A stretch of DNA of 32,000 nucleotides from an uncultured Erysipelotrichaceae bacterium (GCA_964401865.1 CAYNZZ010000007.1:1-32000); one strand, 5' to 3'; counted from the first letter of the stretch, positions 1 to 8,827 are shown. Numbers and translations are program-made. Notes: a model not told the origin generated them from the letters alone.

Positions 1-764
1 CTTTAGTATTCTTATTAATTTATTTATTCTTTGTGAGAAAAGAAAAATATGCTCAAATAATAGTTGTATTGATTTTAGTATTCTTCAATCCTTTTTGTTG
101 TAGTTTTTTAAATAAAGTTAACGTTGTATATTATCGTGCATATGAATTGATATTAAATCCATTTACATTTATTTATTTTATATATTTTGTCTTCAATTTA
201 ATTGATAATAAATATGTTTATTATATAGGTTCAGTTATCTTGATGGTTTTGATATATAAGAGTACTGATTTTAAAACTCCTTTGTATTGGCATGATAGTT
301 TTATTCTGGGCGATAATTACAATTATGTTTATAAAATGACTAATGATGAGTTTGATATAATTCGAGAATTAAAAGAAAACATTCAATATTATAAGATTGA
401 TGAGCCTATAATTATTACGACAAATATTCTCACACAATCATACATACCAAATGGTGAATATATTTATGGTCGAGAAAAAGCAATTAACAAGAACTGGAAA
501 AAAAGTGAACTAGAACTATATAAAATATTTTATCCTGTTTTATATTGGAACGATCCGGCTCAACCTAAAAATCCTGATTATGATCATATGTGCGAACATA
601 TCAAAGATGCTGAAATTGATTTTATCGTTCAAGATAAAAAGGTTGAATACTATGATGAAGAACAGAATATCTGGTATCCTTTATCATATAAAATAGATGG
701 TTGCGGTAATTATGCATTCTATGAAAATGATAGCTATGCAATATATAAATATATTAATGATTAA
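1..764 (+). CDS. hypothetical polytopic membrane protein, 5' end outside the window
   Basis: The track calls 33..764 with a GTG start, but the same frame is open back to nt 3 (tta gta ttc tta tta att tat tta ttc ttt gtg, no stop). The gene therefore enters from upstream. The first ~75 aa are strongly hydrophobic (IIVVLILVFFNPF, FTFIYFIYFVF, IGSVILMVLIY). The C-terminal ~170 aa are hydrophilic and Y/D/N-rich. No family recognised. Confidence 0.5.
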   Translation, partial: LVFLLIYLFFVRKEKYAQIIVVLILVFFNPFCCSFLNKVNVVYYRAYELILNPFTFIYFIYFVFNLIDNKYVYYIGSVILMVLIYKSTDFKTPLYWHDSFILGDNYNYVYKMTNDEFDIIRELKENIQYYKIDEPIIITTNILTQSYIPNGEYIYGREKAINKNWKKSELELYKIFYPVLYWNDPAQPKNPDYDHMCEHIKDAEIDFIVQDKKVEYYDEEQNIWYPLSYKIDGCGNYAFYENDSYAIYKYIND

Positions 765-812
765 CGATTGAATTATTTATTTGCAATTAAATGAGTTTCA
801 ATAAAAATCTAA

Positions 813-858
813 AAATCAAATCAAATCAATTGACACTTCCGTTTTGTTTGGATAAGAT
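813..858 (+). promoter_or_regulatory. candidate sigma-A promoter for the pfl leader
   Basis: TTGACA (830-835), 17-nt spacer, TAAGAT (853-858). Three tandem AAATC pentamers (813-827) lie directly upstream as an A-rich UP-like tract. The predicted start is a few nt before riboswitch P1. Confidence 0.45.
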
Positions 859-865
859 GAATTTG

Positions 866-938
866 CTTGTACAACTGACGGAAGTGGAATTGACCACATG
901 AAGTATAAGATAATAATAGTTAGCCGACCGTCTGGGCA
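866..938 (+). promoter_or_regulatory. ZTP (ZMP/ZTP-sensing, pfl-motif) riboswitch aptamer
   Basis: P1 is cttgtac (866-872) paired with gtataag (903-909). The conserved core is ACTGACGGAAGTGGAATTGACCAC (874-897) and contains a GTGG/CCAC hairpin. An AT-rich linker is followed by the 3' module CCGACCGTCTGGGC (924-937). A near-identical element recurs at 16705-16773. It sits directly upstream of pflB, the classic context for this motif. Confidence 0.85.
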
Positions 939-967
939 TCACTTCAAATCTGATGTGACGGTTTTTA
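927..967 (+). terminator. intrinsic terminator acting as the riboswitch expression platform
   Basis: accgtc (927-932) and catc (937-940) pair with gatg (952-955) and gacggt (957-962), followed by a T-run (962-966). The 5' arm reuses the CCGTCTGGGC pseudoknot segment of the aptamer. Ligand-bound folding should therefore exclude the terminator, giving an ON switch. Confidence 0.7.
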
Positions 968-992
968 TATGCTTTAAAGGGAGGATAATTAA

Positions 993-3233
993 ATGAAAGC
1001 TGAATGGCAAGGATTTAAAGGAAAAATCTGGCAAGAAGAGATTGATGTTCGTGATTTCATTCAATCAAACTACACTCCATATGATGGAGATGAAAGCTTC
1101 TTAGCGGATGCGAGCGAAAAGACACAAAAATTGTGGTCTGAGCTACAAGAACTTCAAAAGGAAGAAAGAAGCAAGGGTGGCGTACTTGATATGGAAACAG
1201 AAGTTGTTTCTGGTATTACTGCTTATGGCGCTGCTTATTTAGACAAAGAAAATGAAACAATTGTTGGTTTACAAACTGATAAGCCATTAAAGAGGGCATT
1301 CATGCCATTTGGTGGCATTAGAATGTCTGAAGAATCATGTCGTACATATGGTTATGAACCAAGTGAAAAACTACATGAAATCTTTACAAAATATCATAAA
1401 ACACACAATGACGCCGTGTTCCAAGCTTATACACCAGAAATGATGAAGGCAAGGCATAATAAAATCATTACAGGACTTCCTGATGCTTATGGTCGTGGAA
1501 GAATTGTTGGTGACTATCGTCGTATTGCTCTATATGGTATCGATCGCCTTATTGAAGCTAAACTTGAAGATGCTGCTCAACTAGGCGATGGAACTACTAT
1601 GATTGATGATGTAATTCGTTTAAGAGAAGAAATTGCTGAACAAATTAAATCATTAAAAGAAATGAAAGAAATGGCTGTTAGCTATGGCTTTGACATTTCA
1701 AAACCTGCTAAAGATTCTAAAGAAGCTGCACAATGGCTATATTTTGGCTACTTAGCTGCAATCAAAACCCAAAATGGTGCCGCGATGTCAGTTGGCAGAA
1801 TCTCTTCTTTCTTAGATATTTATTTTGAAAGAGATTTAAAGAACGGCACTTATACTGAAAGTGAAATCCAAGAAATTATTGACCACTTGACAATGAAATT
1901 CAGAATGGTTAAGTTTGCTCGTGTACCAAGCTACAATCAACTATTCTCTGGTGATCCGGTATGGGCAACAGTAGATGTTGGCGGTAAAGGTGTAGATGGC
2001 AGAAGCTTAGTAACCAAGACTTGCTTCCGTTTCTTACACACATTAGAAACTATGGGACCTAGCCCAGAACCAAACTTAACGGTTTTATATTCAAGCGACC
2101 TTCCACAAGGATTCAAAGAATATGCCGCTAAAGTTTCCATCATTTCAAGTTCTATTCAATACGAAAACGATGATGTAATGCGTCCGATTTGGGGCGATGA
2201 CTATGCAATTTGCTGTTGCGTATCAGCTACACAAACCGGTAAAGAAATGCAATTCTTTGGCGCTCGTGCTAACCTTGCTAAATGTTTATTGTACGCTATT
2301 AATGGTGGTGTTGATGAAAAGACAAAAGACCAGGTCGGACCAAAATATCGCCCTATTACTAGTGATGTATTGGACTTTGATGAAGTTATGGAAAGCTATG
2401 ATAATATGTTAGAATGGCTTGCAAAATTATATGTTGATACATTGAATATCATTCATTATATGCATGATAAATACTACTATGAAGCTGCTGAAATGGCTTT
2501 AATCGATACAGATGTTAGAAGAACATTCGCTACCGGTATTGCCGGATTCAGCCATGTAGTTGACTCTTTATCAGCTATAAAATATGCTAAAGTTTCAGTT
2601 GTTCGTGATGAAGACGGGTTAGCTGTTGACTATAATATTGAAGGTGATTTCCCAAGATATGGAAATGACGATGATAGAGCTGACGAATTGGCTGTATGGG
2701 TACTTAGAACATTTATTAATAAAGTCAAGAAGCATCATACATACCGCAATTCAGAAGCTACAACTTCTATCCTTACAATCACTTCAAATGTTGTATATGG
2801 TAAAGCTACTGGTAACCTTCCTGATGGAAGAAAAGCCGGAGAACCATTGTCTCCAGGTGCAAACCCTGCTTATGGTGCAGAACAAAATGGTTTATTAGCT
2901 TCTCTTAATTCAGTTGCCAAATTACCTTACGAATATGCACTTGACGGTATTTCAAATACTCAAACCATCAATCCTGATGCTTTAGGACATAGTGAAGAAG
3001 AAAGAATTAATAACTTAGTTACAGTATTGGATGGTTACTTCGATCAGGGTGCACATCACTTGAATGTAAATGTCTTTGGTGTTGAAAAATTAAAAGATGC
3101 TATGGAACATCCGGAAAAAGAAGAATACCAAAATTTCACTATCAGAGTTTCTGGTTACGCCGTTAAATTTATTGATTTGACTCGTGAACAACAGCTAGAT
3201 GTAATTTCTAGAACTTGCCACGATCATATGTAA
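993..3233 (+). CDS. pflB: pyruvate formate-lyase (formate C-acetyltransferase), glycyl-radical enzyme
   Basis: 746 aa. It has the glycyl-radical motif [11 protein letters not shown] near the C-terminus and the active-site Cys pair in [10 protein letters not shown]. The C-terminus [13 protein letters not shown] resembles E. coli PflB. RBS AAAGGGAGG lies at 976-984. Confidence 0.97.
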   Translation: MKAEWQGFKGKIWQEEIDVRDFIQSNYTPYDGDESFLADASEKTQKLWSELQELQKEERSKGGVLDMETEVVSGITAYGAAYLDKENETIVGLQTDKPLKRAFMPFGGIRMSEESCRTYGYEPSEKLHEIFTKYHKTHNDAVFQAYTPEMMKARHNKIITGLPDAYGRGRIVGDYRRIALYGIDRLIEAKLEDAAQLGDGTTMIDDVIRLREEIAEQIKSLKEMKEMAVSYGFDISKPAKDSKEAAQWLYFGYLAAIKTQNGAAMSVGRISSFLDIYFERDLKNGTYTESEIQEIIDHLTMKFRMVKFARVPSYNQLFSGDPVWATVDVGGKGVDGRSLVTKTCFRFLHTLETMGPSPEPNLTVLYSSDLPQGFKEYAAKVSIISSSIQYENDDVMRPIWGDDYAICCCVSATQTGKEMQFFGARANLAKCLLYAINGGVDEKTKDQVGPKYRPITSDVLDFDEVMESYDNMLEWLAKLYVDTLNIIHYMHDKYYYEAAEMALIDTDVRRTFATGIAGFSHVVDSLSAIKYAKVSVVRDEDGLAVDYNIEGDFPRYGNDDDRADELAVWVLRTFINKVKKHHTYRNSEATTSILTITSNVVYGKATGNLPDGRKAGEPLSPGANPAYGAEQNGLLASLNSVAKLPYEYALDGISNTQTINPDALGHSEEERINNLVTVLDGYFDQGAHHLNVNVFGVEKLKDAMEHPEKEEYQNFTIRVSGYAVKFIDLTREQQLDVISRTCHDHM

Positions 3234-3234
3234 T

Positions 3235-3957
3235 ATGGCACTCGGTAAGATACATTCTATTGAAACTTTTGGTTCGGTTGATGGACCGGGTGTTAGATAT
3301 GTCATATTTGTTCAAGGCTGCACGATGCGTTGTAAATTTTGCCACAACGCTGATACCTGGACAATAGAAAAAGGCGATAGTGAAGCGTATGATGTCTTTA
3401 ATAAAGCGATGCGTTATAAGGCATATTGGAAAAATGGTGGTGGTATCACTGTTTCTGGTGGCGAACCATTGCTTCAGATTGACTTTTTGATTGAATTGTT
3501 TGAACTGTTTAAAAAAGAAGGCATTCATACCTGCATCGACACTTCCGGCGCACCATTTAATGATGATGAAGAATTCTTAAAGAAATTTAATCATTTGCTT
3601 GAACTTACTGATTTAATTCTCCTTGACATCAAACATATCGATAATGAAGCTCATAAGGACTTAACCGGAAGAGAAAATACCAATATCTTAAAATTGGCTA
3701 AATACCTGTCAGATAAAAGTAAACCTGTTTGGATAAGACATGTCTTAGTTCCGGGCATTAATGATAATAAAAAGGATTTGCAAAATTTAAGAGCATTTAT
3801 CGACACTTTAAAAAATGTAAAGAGAGTTGAAGTCTTGCCCTATCACAGCTTAGGTGCTTATAAATGGGAAAAACTCGGTTATGTATATCCTTTAAAAGAT
3901 GTTTTGCCACCGAGCAAAGAGTCGATAGAATTAGCTAATTCAATTCTTAAAGATTAA
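3235..3957 (+). CDS. pflA: pyruvate formate-lyase activating enzyme (radical SAM)
   Basis: 240 aa. The N-terminus GKIHSIETFGSVDGPGVRYVIFVQGCTMRCKFCHN carries the CxxxCxxC radical-SAM cluster motif typical of PflA. The ATG lies 1 nt after the pflB stop, suggesting coupled translation. Confidence 0.95.
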   Translation: MALGKIHSIETFGSVDGPGVRYVIFVQGCTMRCKFCHNADTWTIEKGDSEAYDVFNKAMRYKAYWKNGGGITVSGGEPLLQIDFLIELFELFKKEGIHTCIDTSGAPFNDDEEFLKKFNHLLELTDLILLDIKHIDNEAHKDLTGRENTNILKLAKYLSDKSKPVWIRHVLVPGINDNKKDLQNLRAFIDTLKNVKRVEVLPYHSLGAYKWEKLGYVYPLKDVLPPSKESIELANSILKD

Positions 3958-3970
3958 TTAATGTATAAAT

Positions 3971-4004
3971 TGCCTCATTCTAAAATGGATGAGGCATTTA
4001 TTTT
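3971..4004 (+). terminator. rho-independent terminator after pflA
   Basis: tgcctcat (3971-3978) pairs with atgaggca (3989-3996), followed by tttatttt. Confidence 0.8.
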
Positions 4005-4391
4005 GCTTAAATTACTTAAAAATTGTGATAAAATACACCGATTTTATTCTAAGATTTGAAGAAAACGAAGATATCATTAATGGTTATTTTTCCCAAAGAT
4101 AAAGTTGCAGTGATGTCTATTGTTAGAGTTGAATCGACATATTTATTGAGTTCATTAACTCTGCTGGGTTATGATTATTCGCACTTATACAATGTCGGTG
4201 GCTTCTTTAATTCTTTGACTACTTTTGCATCATATAGAGAAACGAAAGATTTCAAGTATAAGATTATGCCTCCCAAAGTCGAAAACCTCAAATAAATCAT
4301 ATATAGGAAGATTTAACATTTATAAATGATACAAGCATTAAAGATTGATGAAAAAAATAATGAAAATTCTATTTAAAAGAACTTGTATTTT

Positions 4392-4400
4392 TGATAGAAT
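4392..4400 (+). promoter_or_regulatory. candidate extended -10 promoter for purC
   Basis: TGaTAGAAT fits the extended -10 pattern TGnTATAAT with one mismatch. A weak -35 TTTAAA lies 17 nt upstream. It would give a ~30-nt leader ahead of the purC ATG. Confidence 0.4.
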
Positions 4401-4436
4401 AACTCCGTATTCGATTTAATCGAATTGGAGGGAAAA

Positions 4437-5120
4437 ATGGAGAAAGTTTACGTCGGAAAGACTAAAGATGTCTATAAATTAGACAATGGTAATGTTCAAC
4501 TAAAATTCAAAGACGACTGCACAGGAAAGGACGGAGTGTTTGACCCAGGTGAAAACAGCATCGGTTTGACAATCGAAGGCATCGGTAAGGCAAATCTAGA
4601 AACATCTATTCATTTCTTCGAATTATTAAAAGAAAAAGGAATTAAAACTCATTTCGTTAGTGCTAATGTTGAAGAAGCAACAATGGAAGTGTTGCCTGCT
4701 AAAGTATTTGGACATGGTCTTGAAGTTATCTGTCGTTTGGTTGCAACAGGAAGCTTCATCCGTCGTTATGGTGAATATATTGAAAATGGAACTAGACTAG
4801 ATGGTGGTTATGTTGAATGCACATTTAAGAATGATGCGCTTGGCGATCCACTTGTTACAAAAGAAGGACTTGTAGCGCTTGGAATCATGTCAGATGAAAT
4901 GTTTGAAAGCATGAAAGAACAAACATTAAATATTACGAAAATCGTAGCTGAAGATTTAAAATCGATTGGTCTGGATCTATGGGATATTAAGTTCGAATTT
5001 GGATATCATGGTGATGAAGTTATCTTGATTGATGAGATTGCTTCGGGTAATATGCGTGTATATCAAGGTGATAAAATTGTTGATCCAGTAGAGCTTACAA
5101 AACTAATTTTAAATCGTTAA
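4437..5120 (+). CDS. purC: phosphoribosylaminoimidazole-succinocarboxamide (SAICAR) synthase
   Basis: The track starts at TTG 4425, but ATG 4437 ([15 protein letters not shown]) sits 5 nt after GGAGG (4427-4431) and matches the usual PurC N-terminus. The size (227 aa) and the KTKDVY, RLVATGS and LIDEI segments fit the short bacterial PurC family. Confidence 0.9.
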   Translation: MEKVYVGKTKDVYKLDNGNVQLKFKDDCTGKDGVFDPGENSIGLTIEGIGKANLETSIHFFELLKEKGIKTHFVSANVEEATMEVLPAKVFGHGLEVICRLVATGSFIRRYGEYIENGTRLDGGYVECTFKNDALGDPLVTKEGLVALGIMSDEMFESMKEQTLNITKIVAEDLKSIGLDLWDIKFEFGYHGDEVILIDEIASGNMRVYQGDKIVDPVELTKLILNR

Positions 5121-5125
5121 TCGAT

Positions 5126-5152
5126 AGCCCTATTTTCATAGGGCTTTATTTA
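5126..5152 (+). terminator. hairpin plus T-rich tail between purC and the purF-like gene
   Basis: agcccta (5126-5132) pairs with tagggct (5139-5145) across a 6-nt loop (ttttca, 5133-5138), followed by ttatttatt. It lies 20 nt before the next RBS. Confidence 0.7.
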
Positions 5153-5172
5153 TTGTATATAAAGGAGAGTAT

Positions 5173-6585
5173 ATGGGCGGATTTTTTGGTGTAGTGTCAA
5201 AGAAAGATTGTGTGCTAGATTTATATTTTGGTGTAGATTATCATTCGCATCTTGGGACTCGCAGAGGTGGCTTAGCTGTTTACGGAAGTGAAAGTGGATT
5301 TCAAAGATCTATTCACAATATTGAAAATTCACCTTTTAGAACTAAGTTTGAACATGAGATCGATTCATTCCATGGTAATTTAGGTATTGGTTGTATTTCT
5401 GATGGTGAAGCACAGCCGTTATTAGTGACGTCACATCTTGGTTCTTTTGCGATTACTACAGTAGGTCGAATCAACAATATAAATGAACTTAGAGATTTGT
5501 GTTTTGAATATGGAACAACACATTTTTTAGAGATGTCTGGCGGCGAGATAAACCCTACTGAACTTATTGCGGCTTTAATCAATCAAAAGTCTAGCATCGA
5601 AGAAGGTTTGGCTTTTGTGCAAGAAGCTGTAAGAGGTTCGATGAGTGTATTGGTTTTAACTAAAGATGGGATATATTGTTCAAGAGATAAATACGGTAGA
5701 ACGCCAGTGGTTATCGCTAGTAAGGATGATGCATATTGCGTCAGCTTTGAGTCTTCGGCATATTTGAATCTGGGATATCGTCACGTCAAAGATTTAGGAC
5801 CAGGCGAAATTGTCCTAATAACCGCTGAATATCATCGCGTATTAAAAGGCATCAATGAAAAAATGAAAATGTGCTCTTTCCTTTGGGTTTATTATGGTTA
5901 TCCAACAAGCGATTACGAAGGCAAAAATGTTGAAATGATGCGCAATGCGTGCGGACAAAAACTAGCTCAAAGGGATAATGTCGATGTCGATATTGTTGCC
6001 GGAGTACCGGATAGTGGTTTAGCGCATGCCATCGGTTATGCCAATGTATCTAAAAAGACATATGCAAGACCATTCATTAAATACACACCTACATGGCCAC
6101 GCTCGTTTATGCCTTCTAATCAAATTGAAAGAAATTTAATCGCTAGAATGAAGCTCATCCCAGTTGAAGAGCTGATAAAAAATCAAAAACTACTTTTGAT
6201 TGATGACTCAATTGTAAGAGGAACTCAGCTTGGCGAAACAACTGATTTCTTATATCGTTCAGGTGCTAAAGAGGTTCATGTACGTCCTGCTTGTCCACCT
6301 ATCATGTTCGGATGCAAGTTCTTGAATTTCTCAAGATCATCATCAGAAATGGATCTCATCACTAGGAAAGTGATATGTGAGTTAGAGCATACCGAAGATG
6401 TAAGTACCGAAACTTTAAAGGAATATGCTAATCCAGATGGTGAAAAATATAAAAGAATGGTTGAAGAAATTAGAAAAAGACTGCATTTCACATCTTTAGA
6501 TTTCGCAAGACTTGATGAACTTGTTGAATCAATCGGACTTGAGCCGTGTAAGCTATGTACATATTGCTGGAGCGGAGAAGAATAA
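5173..6585 (+). CDS. purF: amidophosphoribosyltransferase (PurF) homologue with an intact PRTase domain but no N-terminal Cys nucleophile
   Basis: 470 aa. The PRPP-binding loop is LLLIDDSIVRGTQ and the VAGVPDSGLAHAIGYA segment is PurF-like. Cys positions resemble [4Fe-4S]-type PurF (MCSFLWVYYGYP, PACPPIMFGC, C-terminal CKLCTYC). The N-terminus is MGGFFGVV where PurF has (M)CG(I/V)xG. RBS AAAGGAGAG (5161-5169) fixes the start, and an in-frame TAG at 5125-5127 excludes a longer N-terminus. Confidence 0.85.
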   Translation: MGGFFGVVSKKDCVLDLYFGVDYHSHLGTRRGGLAVYGSESGFQRSIHNIENSPFRTKFEHEIDSFHGNLGIGCISDGEAQPLLVTSHLGSFAITTVGRINNINELRDLCFEYGTTHFLEMSGGEINPTELIAALINQKSSIEEGLAFVQEAVRGSMSVLVLTKDGIYCSRDKYGRTPVVIASKDDAYCVSFESSAYLNLGYRHVKDLGPGEIVLITAEYHRVLKGINEKMKMCSFLWVYYGYPTSDYEGKNVEMMRNACGQKLAQRDNVDVDIVAGVPDSGLAHAIGYANVSKKTYARPFIKYTPTWPRSFMPSNQIERNLIARMKLIPVEELIKNQKLLLIDDSIVRGTQLGETTDFLYRSGAKEVHVRPACPPIMFGCKFLNFSRSSSEMDLITRKVICELEHTEDVSTETLKEYANPDGEKYKRMVEEIRKRLHFTSLDFARLDELVESIGLEPCKLCTYCWSGEE

Positions 6586-8651
6586 TGAAAGAATTAGATA
6601 ATTATGGAATTAACTTATTCTCTGACGAAGTGATGAAACAGAGGATACCTAATTCAATATATCGTGCATTTCATAAGTCTTTAGATGAGAACAAGCCTTT
6701 GAGCAAGGAAACAGCAACAGTCATTGCCAATGCGATGAAGATCTGGGCAATTGAAAAAGGTGCGACTCATTTTACTCATTGGTTCACTCCTCTTACTGGT
6801 TTGACTGCCGAAAAACATGATGCATTCTTAGAGTTGGAACAAGATAAACCAATTTTAGAATTCAGTGGCAAAGCTTTGAGAAAAGGTGAATCTGATGCAT
6901 CATCTTTTCCTAATGGCGGACTTAGAGCGACATTTGAAGCACGTGGTTATACCACTTGGGATGCGACATCTCCAGCCTTTGTCAAAGATGGTTCGTTATA
7001 TATTCCGACAATATTTGTATCTTATAACGGCGAAGCTTTAGACAAAAAGACTCCCCTTCTTAAATCGATTGAGGTATTATCTAAAAATGTTACTGAATTA
7101 TTGCATACTTTAGGCTATGAAGATGTAAAAAGCGTTAAACCTTATGTTGGTGTTGAACAGGAATACTTTTTGGTTGATGAAAAGTATTATAAGAAAAGAA
7201 TTGATTTAAAACTCACTGGCCGTACTTTATTTGGTGCTAAAGCTCCTAAAGGTCAAGAATTAGAAGACCACTATTATGGAAGCATTAAGATGCGAGTAGC
7301 TGAATTCATGAAAGAATTAGATGAAGAACTATGGAAATATGGTATTCCTGCTAAGACTAAACATAATGAAGCTGCTCCTTCCCAACATGAGATAGCCTGC
7401 ATATATCGTGATGCAAATATCACTTGTGACAACAATCAATTAGTTATGCCTTTAATGCATGATATAGCCAAAAAGAATGGTCTTAGATGCCTGCTTCATG
7501 AAAAGCCGTATTCATATGTAAATGGTTCGGGCAAACATAACAACTGGTCATTGGTTATGGATGATGGTACAAATTTATTTTCGCCTGGTGTAAATCCAGA
7601 AAATAACATCGTATTCTTGGCTAGTATTGCCTGCATGATTAAAGCGGTTGATGAGTATCAAGATTTATTGCGAGTTACAGCGGCTATTCTTGGCAATGAT
7701 TTAAGGCTTGGTGGTAATGAAGCGCCACCTGCTATCGTGTCAATGTTTTTGGGTGACGATATCACTGAACTTTTTGAAAGTATTGTAAATGGCAATAAAA
7801 GTTCGATAAACAAAGAAAGATTTGTAACCGGTGTTAGGGTGAGCAGTGATTTTAGCAAGGATACAACCGATCGCAACAGGACATCTCCTTTCGCATTCAC
7901 AGGCAATAAGTTTGAATTTAGAATGATTGGCTCATCGCAATCTGTAGCGACTGCCAATACGATTTTAAATGCCATATTTGCATACGAGGCAAAAGTAATG
8001 AGTGAAGAGATAAAAGCCGGAAACAGTGTAGACGATGTGATTAAGAAGTTTTATATTGAACACAAGCGCATACTGTTTAATGGCGATGGATATTCTAAAG
8101 AATGGCGTATTGAGGCTAAAAAAAGAGGCTTGAAAGAAAGAAAGAATGCTTATGAGGCTATCATGAGTCTTATGGAGCCAGAAAACGTCAATGCCTTAAC
8201 GAGCCTTGGCATATATACCGATTTAGAATTAAAATCACGTCAGGAGATACTTTTAGAAAATTACGCTAAATCAATACATGTCGAAGCGTCAACGGCACTT
8301 ATGATTGCTCGCCAGCAAATTTATCCTTGTATGATTAATGTTCTTAAAGATAAGTCTGGTTTAGCTATAGATTTAAAAGAGTTAAATTTAGAAGAAGAAT
8401 ATCTTTTGAATGATCTAAAGGAATTAAACGATCAAGTATCTAAACTTAAAAAGGAAATTGATGAACTTGATAAAGCCATTAATGATTATGATAATAACAA
8501 CGAGACAACGGAAGTTAAAGCGAAGATTGCCAGAGAAGATTTGATGTTCAAAATGAATAATCTAAGGCAAACTGTCGATACATTAGAACTGATGTGTGAT
8601 AAAGATATTTGGCCTTTGCCTAACTATGTTGATTTAATGTTTTCGATATAG
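6585..8651 (+). CDS. glnN: glutamine synthetase, type III (GSIII)
   Basis: 688 aa from ATG 6585; the track's 6555 start lies inside purF. GSIII hallmarks are ATHFTHWFTPLTGLTAEKHDAF, GVEQEYFLVD, KHNEAAPSQHE, HEKPYSYVNGSGKHNNWS, NRTSPFAFTGNKFEFR and C-terminal WPLPNYVDLMF. The ATG overlaps the purF-like stop (TAATG at 6583-6587), with GGAGCGGAGAAG upstream. Confidence 0.9.
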   Translation: MKELDNYGINLFSDEVMKQRIPNSIYRAFHKSLDENKPLSKETATVIANAMKIWAIEKGATHFTHWFTPLTGLTAEKHDAFLELEQDKPILEFSGKALRKGESDASSFPNGGLRATFEARGYTTWDATSPAFVKDGSLYIPTIFVSYNGEALDKKTPLLKSIEVLSKNVTELLHTLGYEDVKSVKPYVGVEQEYFLVDEKYYKKRIDLKLTGRTLFGAKAPKGQELEDHYYGSIKMRVAEFMKELDEELWKYGIPAKTKHNEAAPSQHEIACIYRDANITCDNNQLVMPLMHDIAKKNGLRCLLHEKPYSYVNGSGKHNNWSLVMDDGTNLFSPGVNPENNIVFLASIACMIKAVDEYQDLLRVTAAILGNDLRLGGNEAPPAIVSMFLGDDITELFESIVNGNKSSINKERFVTGVRVSSDFSKDTTDRNRTSPFAFTGNKFEFRMIGSSQSVATANTILNAIFAYEAKVMSEEIKAGNSVDDVIKKFYIEHKRILFNGDGYSKEWRIEAKKRGLKERKNAYEAIMSLMEPENVNALTSLGIYTDLELKSRQEILLENYAKSIHVEASTALMIARQQIYPCMINVLKDKSGLAIDLKELNLEEEYLLNDLKELNDQVSKLKKEIDELDKAINDYDNNNETTEVKAKIAREDLMFKMNNLRQTVDTLELMCDKDIWPLPNYVDLMFSI

Positions 8652-8673
8652 CAAACTATATAATTTATAAATA

Positions 8674-8722
8674 AAATATCAGAGGTAGAAAAAAACATTT
8701 ATACTGCCTCTGATATTTTATA
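8674..8722 (+). terminator. rho-independent terminator after glnN
   Basis: A 12-bp perfect stem: aaatatcagagg (8674-8685) pairs with cctctgatattt (8707-8718). The flank is T/A-rich. Confidence 0.8.
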
Positions 8723-8827
8723 AATTTCATACTTAGTTTATGAATATGTTTTTATTTGTGATACAACTAAAAACATTAGCGCTAACATTTTTAATGTAAT
8801 TCAAAAAATAGAAATGAGGTAATCAAT

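Noticed and set aside
813-827. Tandem AAATC x3 microrepeat
   Set aside because: It is short, low-complexity A-rich sequence. It is best explained as an UP-like tract of the pfl promoter rather than a repeat element.
1937-2143. Minus-strand ORFs inside plus-strand genes (1937-2143, 3208-3528, 5313-5582, 6276-6491, 7658-7975, 9064-9297, 9916-10185, 10488-10775, 11929-12231, 13803-14156, 17269-17517, 17863-18057, 21523-21705, 22101-22340, 22548-22748, 26225-26752, 27012-27197, 30041-30235, 30555-30776, 30974-31333)
   Set aside because: All lie antisense to long ORFs: well-supported CDSs with clear family motifs in most cases, and the orphan ORFs at 8828-9799 and 9958-10287 in two. They lack ribosome-binding sites and give low-complexity or S/L/I-rich translations typical of shadow ORFs in AT-rich DNA.
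2197-2898. Plus-strand out-of-frame ORFs inside pflB (2197-2412, 2626-2898) and inside purH (21966-22160)
   Set aside because: These are alternative frames of strongly supported genes, with no independent translation signals.
4056-4295. 79-aa ORF in the pflA-purC gap
   Set aside because: It has a TTG start with no Shine-Dalgarno sequence, no recognisable family and a low-complexity sequence. It is treated as non-coding leader or spacer; see the finding on 3958-4436.
4100-4300. Expected purine (guanine/adenine) riboswitch upstream of purC
   Set aside because: The P1-like stem cttatac/gtataag tempted me. However, neither strand shows the conserved junctions and loops (TATAAT, GATATGG, GTTTCTACC, CCGTAAAT), and the P2/P3 geometry does not fit.
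6555-6584. Upstream starts offered by the ORF track for glnN (6555), the TIM-barrel gene (15267) and purC (4425)
   Set aside because: Each lies inside the preceding gene or lacks an RBS. The downstream ATGs (6585, 15291, 4437) have properly spaced GGAG-type sites and match family N-termini.
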